This document shows positions 36,101 to 45,136 of a stretch of DNA of 64,000 nucleotides, piece by piece. Source of the stretch: Marsupella aquatica. Taxonomy: Eukaryota > Plantae > Marchantiophyta. Every line of letters begins with the position of its first letter. Position 1 is the first letter of the stretch. The notes under the pieces were generated by a model, which was not told where the DNA came from, searched no databases, and was given only the letters and a program-made list of their open reading frames with translations. Made by a program: the position numbers and the translations under genes. The stretch lies in assembly GCA_973895155.1 (NCBI GenBank), contig OZ316891.1, positions 461,558 to 525,557 on the forward strand, given 5' to 3'.

Positions 36101-38287
36101 TCCACAAATTGCCGCCTAGCATGAACGACTGTATCTTTGAAGCATGACTGAAACACCATCGTGCTATTGATAGCATTAGATCGCATTGAATGCTCAACTA
36201 ATATTGATGATGGTGTTCGATGAGATAATATTCTTGACTTTCGAAATTCCAGCTTTTTTGCCAATGCTGTTAGCTTGGCATCCTTGTTTGCCCATTCTCG
36301 AATCCATCTGGCTGCTCTGGCTGAATGTTGACCGCTAATGGCAAGGAATTGAACCTCCCCCTTTTTCACGGCTGCTACAAAGTCCCTCCTATCTGATTCC
36401 GTGTTGTCATATTGCATTAGGTTTCTATGTTTTGTAGTGTAAGGAATCAAGTCTGCTATGTGTGGTTCATGCCCCGGATTTCTTATCATGGAATTGGCCA
36501 CCTCCTTTACATGGTCTGCATTCAACATTCTGTAACAGAGTCTTGCCGACGCAGGGAAAATACTCTCTACGGGAATAGAAAATATCGAATTGATCCCAAA
36601 CGTATAATATTGCTCCATTTGTTGTAGTACCTCATTACCTTCTAAGACCTTCTTCTCCTCAGGAGCGTCCAACTGCTCGTCCATATCTTGTGAATGCACT
36701 GTCAGGTTTTCTGTAGTGTCATCCATGATGACACTGTCAATTTTCTGTTTCTTCTTTTGTCTTGGCCTCTTTTCACTTGCACTTGGCTTCTCAACCGGAC
36801 GTTTCTTCTCAACTGGCTTCTCAACTTGGCTTCTCGTACTCGGCTTCTCAACTGGCTTCTGAACTCGGCTTCTCGTACTCGGCTTCTCAACCAGCTTCTC
36901 AACTGGAAGTTTCTTTTCAACCGGAGGTTTCCTTTGGCTTTGTTTTTGTTTTCCCACTGCTCTTTGAGAGGTTGCTGCTGTAGTTCCCGCGGTCTCTGTT
37001 GTAGGTTCTGGAGCTTTCTCTGGCGCCTTCTCGGGCACAGGGTTTGTATTCACCGTTGGAAGGTTTCTCGTCTTTGACAAAGATTCTATCCATTGCTTTG
37101 CTTTGACTAAATCAAAGTTGGGATCAAATGCAACATCCTTATCAATTAAAACACCAGGCTCCTCTGACTCCAACGATAACAATCCAACTTTCTCAAGTAA
37201 ATTGCTTAACGTCCAAGTAGTTGCAAAAGAGAAATTGCCTTGGTGCTTCATCATGTTGAGTTTCAAATATTGAAACCCATACATAATGTCGACTGGAAGC
37301 ATACCAGTTACCCCGATGACCAACTTCTTTGTGTCATATGTCTTTGGAAAAAATCCCATTGACAAAACGCTCAATTCACCACTTGCGTGCCATTCGACAT
37401 TGAATTCTGAGGAGTATGCCTTTGACATAAGGTTAACTTTAACCCAGCATGACCTATCGTGCATCTCCAGAATGACCGAATTCATCCCTCTCCCTCCAAT
37501 GCCAACAGAGACCACAGGTCCGCAAACCAAAGTCAGGCTATCATTTGCTCTGCACTTTAAGGTCAAAACAGGTTCAATCGTGCTTGATGGCACTTCATTA
37601 TTAAGCGGGGTTCTTGAGAACTCAAGCCCCCATCGGAAGCCTGGGGATCTCTCATCTAGTAAGAATCCGTCCCGGCAGTCGGTCGGTGCAATCGCGGGTT
37701 TGAAACCAACAAGATCGCTCCCTGCATCATAAAAACATCATCCATGTTAGACTTATTAAGTTTAAAACATTTGAATAACTCTTGTTGGATTAGGATGGTC
37801 CTAGTCCAACTTGAGATGGTTTTAGTCTTGCTCCTACAATCGAGATTCAATCTCCTGGATGGATTAGGATCATCCGAGTCCAAGTTTGGATTGGGATCAT
37901 CCGAGTCCACGTTTGAATTAGGATCATCTGAGTCCAAGTTCGGATTGGGATGGTCCGAGTCCAACTTTGGATTGGGATCATCCGAGTCCAACTTTGGACT
38001 GGGATCATCCGAGTCCATGTTTGGATTAGGATCATCTGAGTCCAAGTTCGGATTGGGATGGTCCGAGTCCAAGTTTGGATTGGGATCATCCGAGTCCAAC
38101 TTTGGACTCGGATGGTCCCAGTCCTCTAAGACTTAGGGAGGATAGGTGATGGATACTTACTAGGGATTCTTGATTGAAATTGTTTGGAGTCTTCAAGTGC
38201 CAGTTCTACACTGTCGCTCATAGAGGAGAGGTCAAACTCCTCTGTTGCTTCCACGGAGGACTGCACAAGGACGCGATTCGCTTCCAT
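33154..38287 (-). CDS. Cargo gene, predicted 3 exons (38287-38161, 37721-36031, 35526-33154), ~1,396 aa: ParB-like domain fused to a beta-class amino-methyltransferase-like domain
   Basis: GT-AG junctions give a continuous frame (RIP-R|SDLVG; QKFQ|DWLALARM). IPVESIFPA...RMLNADHVKEVANSM...FLAISGQHSARA is ParB-like; NPHAKPTRMIRRIIESLSEPGDLVLDFFSGG is N6_N4-MTase-like. The DPPY position reads LAIVDFSR. Confidence 0.72.
35590..35930. repeat. ~80-bp repeats containing TGGACTGGGACCATCCCAGTCCAA in predicted intron 2 of the Sola cargo gene
   Basis: About five copies of the same core as the 27-bp arrays, in reverse orientation. Confidence 0.75.
37790..38122. repeat. 27-bp tandem array (GGATTGGGATCATCCGAGTCCAAGTTT-like) in predicted intron 1 of the Sola cargo gene
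   Basis: About 10 direct units; gives the spurious LDSDDPNPN-repeat ORFs. Confidence 0.88.
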
Positions 38288-39344
38288 CTTTCTGACACGT
38301 GGCAGAGTGACACGTGGCTTCTTAGCAGGCGTCCGATTTAGGGCAATGAAAAAGAATGGAGGTGGAGGCGGAAGCAGGCAGAGGCGGGGAGGCGGAGAGC
38401 AAAGAGCGAGGAGAGCGAGCGAGTGAAGGCAAAGAGCAGAGAGCGGAGGCGGAGAGTGGAGAGCGTGAGCAGAGTGAGGAGCGAAAGAGTGAGAATGAGA
38501 ATGAGGTCCTGGCTGGACCTCTCCGTCCCTTTACCCCCTCCTGCCTCACCCCGGCCTGCGTACGGCCGGTTGCCTCCTTCTCCTACGTACGGCCTGATAG
38601 TGCGTACGGCTTGCTCCTGCGTACGGCCCGTTGCCCGCACCCTGCATACGGGCCTCCTTCCTTGATGTCCTGCCTACCTAACAGCCTTGCACGGTAGTCC
38701 CCGCGCAATTAGGCTCGTGAAGATAAGGTGTGCCGCAAGCTAAGGTGAAGGGGTACTCAACCCTTATCTTCACGCGATTTCCGTTTGAGCCGACTCGAGC
38801 AAAGGGTATATTTCGGGAGACGCCCACTTCGGAGCTCATTCTTGTTCTAGTTTCCCAAATCTAAGCTCCATGTAATCCGGAGTTTCTCTTAAAGTGTTAT
38901 GTATTGAGCCACTTACCTTCAATGGGTCAGCTTAGCCAGCTTCTTGACTTTTGGGGTCCTCTCAGTTTATCTTTTACAGACATGTGTGGTTTAGGGTTCA
39001 GTTTGTTTTTTACTCCCAAGATTTAGTGGCATATAGCTTGTATTTCAGGGTTCTGGGAAAGTTTTTACCAATCTACAGACAACAATGTATCCCCCTTGGA
39101 TGTGATATTCATATTCTACCAGATCTTAATACTAAGGTGAGTATAAGGTTAACGCATTCAAATATAAGGCTAGGTTTCATTATTTCATGAAACTGTATGT
39201 AGACATTAGGGTCTACCTTAAGACCACGCAAACTTTAGGCTACACCATATAGGGAGATCCGTAAAATACGGAGTCTTCCTAAATTTGGAATTTTCTTAGC
39301 TTAAAATGTTTGAAGTTTATCTCCCGTTACATTATGGGTTGGTC

Positions 39345-40100
39345 TAGGATGGTCCTAGTCCAAGTTTGGATTCAGATGTGGACTAGGATCATCCGAGTCC
39401 AACTTTGCATTGGGATCATCCGAGTCCAACTTTGGATTGGGATGGTCCGAGTCCAAGTTTAAACTTGGATGGTCCAAGTCCTAGTTTGGATTGGGATGGT
39501 CCGAGTCCAAGTTTGGACTTGGATGGTCCAAGTCCTAGTTTGGATTGGGATGGTCCGAGTCCAAGTTTGGATTAGGATGGTTCAAGTCCAACTTTGGATT
39601 GGGATGGTCCGAGTCCAAGTTTGGACTTGGATGGTCCAAGTCCTAGTTTGGATTGGGATGGTCCGAGTCCAAGTTTGGATTAGGATGGTCCGAGTCCAAC
39701 TTTGGATTGGGATGGTCCGAGTCCAAGTTTGGACTTGGATGGTCCAAGTCCTAGTTTGGATTGGGATGGTCCGAGTCCAAGTTTGGACTGGGATGGTCCC
39801 AGTCCAAATCCAGAATCGGAGGATCGTACTCCAAATCTAGACTCGGAGGATTCCAGTCCAAATCCGGACTCGAATGGTCCCAATCCAAATCCATAATCGG
39901 AGGATCGTAGTCCAAATCTAGACTCAGAGGATTGCAGTCCAAATCCGGACTTGGATGGTCCCGGTCAAAATCCGGACTCGGATGGTCCTAGTCCAAATCC
40001 AGAATCAGAGGATCGTAGTCCAAATCCGGACTTGGATGGTCCCGGTCCAAATCCGGAATTGAAGGATCGTAGTCCAAATCCAGACTTTGAGGATCGCAGT
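39345..40100. repeat. 27-bp tandem array (GGATTGGGATGGTCCGAGTCCAAGTTT and variants) upstream of the Sola transposase ORF
   Basis: More than 20 direct units between a GTGAGT donor (39137) and a TGCAG acceptor (40153). Confidence 0.88.
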
Positions 40101-40168
40101 CTGAATCAAAATTTGCATGACTTTGGTTGTAATCCATTTTTTTCAGTGTGCAGGATAATAGGAAAAGG

Positions 40169-43100
40169 ATGTCTCAAAGGTTTTCTAGGGGCGATGATGT
40201 GACCTTGACAATGGATGGTTACGACGTTGGAAATGGGACAGTTCAAAAGACAGATCCGCAAGAGAGTGTTCAAAATATTGTGCTGGGAGAGAATCGAATT
40301 GGGGTTCTCATTGAGAAGGCCTTTGGTGAGACCAGGAAGCTCGCTTTTCCAATGCCTAGGGCGGAAAATCTTCATGATGCCATTGACTCATGTGTCATTT
40401 GGGATATGTCATGTGCATATCGATCTGCGGATAAGATTACTCAAAAACGCATCAGTATTGGTAGTTGTTCGACTCGAAAAGATAACAACATCCATAATTC
40501 TGCAAATGTACAGGAGGATGCTTCGACCACCCTAAGGCCAGGTGATGAGGTTGAAATGTTTATCTCTGGCCATTGTGTGGCCTTTGGAGTTGTTTTCAAC
40601 ACTGATCCAATGGAGAGATGTCATAACATATTACTCGGTGAGTCTCGGGTTAGTGTAAAAATCACAGATGTGATTCATGGTAGTAAGACTTTACCTTACG
40701 CACATGGTGGAGCTGCAACAATTGAAGAGGCAAAGGGCTCCTGGGTTCTATGGGATGTGGCTGACGTCCACAATAAAGTATGGAATGTTGATATCGATGG
40801 GAGCAACAAATCTTCCTCTAAGAAGCAGAAGGACAAGGCGGATTTTGTTTCACAGTCTTGTTCGGCAAACACCACAGACACTAAGTGTGACTATTTTCAT
40901 CGGGCAAACTGGATGTCAGAGTTGGTTGAACTCTACACTGGTTTGGATCGAACCAAAATGGTTGCCACGGGAACGATCACTGTCCCTCAAGTGATGGCGG
41001 CAGTTGATGATGAAATTCTTGGTGATGACCATGTTGGGATTGCTGTGAAAGATGTCGTGGCAGCACAATACTTTCCCAACATCCACAAGGGAGTAGTGAG
41101 TTTGATTCGATGGCGGATTGATTCAACAAAACTAGTTGCAAATGGAAAATTTTTGTCAGATATTTTGGTGGAAGGTTCTGAAAGGATGGACTCAATGGAT
41201 AGGGATGAACTCAATGCGGATGTAAGTGATAGAGGAGTACTGCGTTCAAGGCCCTACAATTTTAACAAGAGGAATCAAGTAGATCCAAATGAAAAGAAGA
41301 GGAGGTTGTTGGAAACCAAGGCAATTTCAAAAACAACAGAGGCGTCAATTGATGACGTGAAAAGAGAAAATTGTTGCAAGCAAAAATGTTGTCTCATTAT
41401 GCCAAGGGAAAACATCGAAGATATTAGGATGGAATTTCATGGGATGTCAAGCGAGTCAAAAACGTCACACATTTTCAACCTCTTTCACTATAGAGAGGAT
41501 GATGTTCGTGATAAGGGACACCATGTTCTTAAGGGTATGGTCGTATGCAGACATGCATTTGCAATTATCCACGGTTTTAGCCACACCAAATATTATGATT
41601 ACAAAAGGAGATATGTGGAGGGTTGCAAAATTGGGTTCCATGGCAATACGGGCTTGATGAAAACAAGGGCAAATACCTTGCATGCACGAGCTCTGTTGGA
41701 GGCTTTTTTGACTCGAAATGCAGAGCCCATGCCTCATATGCCTTATGGAGGGGCACATGGGACAGACTCTATTGAGTACCGTCTTCCGGCGTGTTACAAA
41801 AAGCTAGAGATTCTGGAAGATGTGAGAACAAAGATGAAGGAAGAAGGGCTTCCTCCTGTCACAGAGAATACTCTCTACAAGATCTGGAGTAACTCATTTG
41901 CAAACTTCAGTTTTCATAAAGATGGTGCATTTGCCAAGTGTACTCTTTGTTGTGAATACAAAGACAGTTTGATGCGAGAAAGAAGGAAAAAAGAACGTGC
42001 TGAAATTGAAGAAAAATGAGCGCAACATCTTCGTGAGCAAATGTCACGTAGATATGTTTACTACGCTCATCGAGTGATGGCCAAACAACACCCAGGAGAA
42101 TATCTTTGCATTATTCACGACAAGATGGATCAAGCAAAGACATGGATTCCAAAAATGGTTAGTACTCCTAAATCTCTTTCGGGTCATGGAATGCCGCTAC
42201 CTATTGCTCTCACAGGGATGTTGACCCACGGGAGGGATCCAGGAGTTTATGCACACTTTAGTGTCACTGGCCTTTGGCCAGGAGATGCCGATTTCACGGT
42301 GACATCCTTGGCTAAGTGTCTTCGAGACCTTGAAGAGTACAATGGAGACAAGACAGGTGACATGTTGGATGGCCTTCATTGGGAACCTCACAGACCTTTC
42401 TTTCAAGCCCTACTTGACTTTGAAGCATTTTTGACGGGTTATTTGGAACCAAAGAATATACCGGTGAATAGGTATATTGGTTCTGAAGATGGAGCTGAGA
42501 GTCGGACTGAGACCGTCCCAAACCAGCAAGATGAGGATGATGGAGAAGACATGCAAGGAGAGCAAGGCAGTCCATCGTTCAAGCCCTTGCCAAGGCACCT
42601 AACATTGCAGATGGATAATTCAGCAAAGGACAACAAAAACCAGACTGTCATGGCATTTTGTAGCGAGCTTGTGAGTAGAGGAGTATTTGAAACTGTTCAA
42701 ATGTCTTTTCTAATGGTTGGTCATACGCATGAAGATGTTGATGCACTCTTTTCAAAGGTATCATATCAAGTTCAGCACAAAGAAGTTGCAACCCTCCTTG
42801 CTCTTATGGCAGAGGTATGGGAATGCGAGAGCATTCATCCAGTTCCCAGATTGATACAAGAAGTTGCATCTTACAAAGAATATCTTCAAACTTTCAAGGT
42901 GAAAGATATTCAAGGTCACTCAAAACCTGTATCATTTCTTTTCTCTATGAGAGATAATGTACCAATATTTCAGTATAAGTCCCATGTAAAGCAAGCTTGG
43001 GCTCCACTTGGTGGAAGGTGCATTTGGGCAACAGATCTGACAACAAATTCTCTTCTTTTACCAAGTGGAGAGCCCTTAGCTAAATCCATTGGAGAGATAT

Positions 43101-43930
43101 ACAAAAAATCTGAAGAGATTATCCCATTTCTTAACAAGTACCTTGATTTTTTGAGAAGGAGTTGCACTGATGAGACATCTATAGCATATAAGGAAAGATT
43201 TCCTCTTGTGAAATATTGGGAGAGAATTGTGGAGTTGTTGACAAATGGGCTCGCACTAGAAGGGGAGGGAAGTACTCAATTTCCCTTGGAAAACAGATTT
43301 TGGCCTAAGACTAACCACGGCACTGGTTACAAGGTCAACCAACCGGAACAAAGTGGTCCTCCAAGTGAAGATGAGGAGAATGCAGAGATGACGGCTCTTC
43401 AAAATGAGGTCTTGGAAGAGATGGAAGATCAGGCAGCACCATTTGTTGGATCTCGAGCTGAGAGAGAACAAGGACGATGGATTCCTTTACAAGATATTTG
43501 TGAAGGAAACTTTGTATTTCTTCGACCCGAGGATGACTGGGAGAATAAAAATGGTGGAGGTCATTTCTGGTTGGTGAGAGCTTTGGGTTTGGTGGACCCA
43601 AAGCATGAAGTCCCAACTACATCTTCAACAAACCCTTCTCTGCCTCGACAGTACGCTCCAATGTTCCCAGTTGAATGGTGGAGGCCTAAACACTCTAGTA
43701 AACTTGATGTGACTGAGAGTGCGCGGTATCTAAATTGTTTCATGTCCACTAAGACATGGGAACGAGATCCAGGGTTTGGTGAGAATACTCAACATTGGCA
43801 GTATGCAAATTCTGCAATGTATGGTTTTAAATCTGGAATGAAAGAAGAAAACATGGCAGGCAGAGGTTTGAAGATCCCTCGAAATGTTCTACAAACTGTC
43901 CAAAATTATCTTCAAAGGATGGACAAGTAG
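40169..43930 (+). CDS. Sola1-like DDD transposase (~1,250 aa) with three N-terminal Tnp1/En-Spm-like repeats; one in-frame TGA at 42017-42019
   Basis: The 623-aa and 629-aa ORFs are in frame (EEK*AQHLREQMSRR). Motifs KCTLC, IIHDKMDQ, LTGMLTHG, LQMDNSAKDNKN, FLMVGHTHEDVDALFS. Three repeats of V..G.V...DP....LG...V.V.I..V.....LP.......W. Confidence 0.8.
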
Positions 43931-44182
43931 ACTTAGTTGTTAGAAGCTATAATAATTAAATAGATAGTTACTAGTTTTTATGTAACTAAGATAGTCACTC
44001 ATTCAAACATAGTAATTTATGTACTAGTTATTTACTATTCTAATAGTTTTAATGTGATACTATCTCCTCATTTTCTAAACTTTTGATCATTATAAATATG
44101 AATGTTTGCTTTTTCTACATAATTAAAAATGTTTTTCTATTCATTCCTTTCTTTTAAATGATTATAATAAGAGTTGGTAGGC

Positions 44183-44510
44183 AAATGTACACTTTTTAGG
44201 CCAAATGTACACTTTATTGCACTAAAAGTTACACTTTCTAGACCAAATGCACTTAAATGTACACTTGTTAAGCCAAATGTATGCATTTTGCACTCAAATG
44301 TACACTTTCTAGGCCAAATGTACTCAAATGTACACTTTTAAAGCCAAATGTATCTATTTTGATGTTCAAATTTACACTTTTCATTGCCCAAATGTACACT
44401 CTTTAGGCCAATTGTAAACTTTTCTATCCCCAAATGTACACTTTTCATTGGCCAAATGTACACTTTTCCAAGCCCAAAAGTACACTTTTCACTGCCCAAA
44501 TGTACATAAA
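44183..44510. repeat. Right subterminal AAATGTACACTTT array of the Sola-like element
   Basis: More than 12 copies at ~21-bp spacing immediately inside the right TIR. Confidence 0.85.
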
Positions 44511-45136
44511 TCAAATAATAATACACTTTTAATGAATAGGCTGATGAATGTGTTCAAACTGGATGTGCTCGAATCGACATTATGTAGCCAGCCAATTCTA
44601 ACATTGGGAGAAGTCCGTTACATACTTGATAGGCAGTTGGGAACGAGAACGTAGACTGTTGCTTGATCGTTGAACAACTACAATTGTAGTTTGTCTTTTC
44701 TAACGGGCAGAAGTGTGAGTTCTTAAAGTGTTGTTTTTTTGTATAATACTATACTAGCGCCGGGCGCTAGTATTGTATGACTTTGTTTCGACTTCATATT
44801 TCGTGGCAATATATTGGAGTCCTTGTGTAAAATCGTCGATAAATTTCCTCTAATGTTGTACAATGGTGGGACCCACCATAATATTGTCCACACAATTATT
44901 GCATATATGGACGCTACATACCGTGAAGAGAAGAAACTAAAATGCATACAAGAAAAAAAATACTCATACAAGAAAACAGAAACTCATACAAGAAAACAGA
45001 AACTCGTACGAGTAAATAGATATGCTCATACGAGGAACTTGTTTACTTGTACGAGACAAAATTTTGCTTGTACGAGGCAAAATTGGCTCGTATGAGAATA
45101 TCTATTTACTATTTGCTAGCACGGTGGTTATACCCC

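Larger units (their letters stand above)
31496..44545 (+). mobile_element. Complete Sola1-like DNA transposon, 13,050 bp, with two cargo genes
   Basis: 26-bp TIRs ATCA(A/G)CCTATTCATTAAAAGTGTATT and 4-bp TSD GAAT (31492-31495 / 44546-44549). Removing the element restores the host frame VYWVFKN|VFKLD. A DDD transposase and 4-bp TSD fit the Sola superfamily. Confidence 0.88.
27793..44654 (+). pseudogene. Mutator-like transposase: GCM/WRKY-like Zn finger, MULE DDE core, SWIM Zn finger; frameshifted and split by the Sola insertion
   Basis: CTGSLQC..C...CHHC...HMGFHNHP; VSFDVMH, FMADNAQAGWNAVRNVF, DAFHFFQS, and GLESRH after intron 29787-30075; SWIM CSCEDF...PCKHVYWV. The frame resumes at 44550 (VFKLDVLES...GTRT*). 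Frameshifts at ~29065 and ~30160. Confidence 0.75.
21078..44769. repeat. Dispersed 15-bp palindrome TAGCGCCNGGCGCTA, ~18 exact or near copies, confined to the Mutator-like element
   Basis: Copies start at 21078, 21142, 22301, 22374, 23175, 24626, 25831, 25967, 26073, 26175, 26252, 27474, 27538, 27603, 29826, 29883, 29986 and 44755. None were seen within 31496-44545. Confidence 0.88.
20921..45136 (+). mobile_element. Large Mutator-like (MULE-type DDE + SWIM) transposon, ~11.2 kb after removing the nested Sola element; carries a ParB/MTase-like cargo gene
   Basis: Imperfect TIRs: left GGGGGATCTCTCCGTGACAGCAAACAGCAAACAG; right (reverse complement) GGGGTATAACCACCGTGCTAGCAAATAGTAAATAG. Homology to the flanking Sola copy and to the Copia breaks exactly at these ends. 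No matching TSD. Confidence 0.7.

Noticed and set aside
21680-38287. Bacterial, plasmid or prophage contamination suggested by ParB and DNA-MTase motifs
   Set aside because: The genes have spliceosomal GT-AG introns, lie inside TIR elements and are interleaved with plant retrotransposons.
37790-40100. CRISPR-like array from the 27-bp repeats (also the 24-bp repeats at 8446-8625)
   Set aside because: Units are head-to-tail with no unique spacers, there are no cas genes, and the context is eukaryotic.
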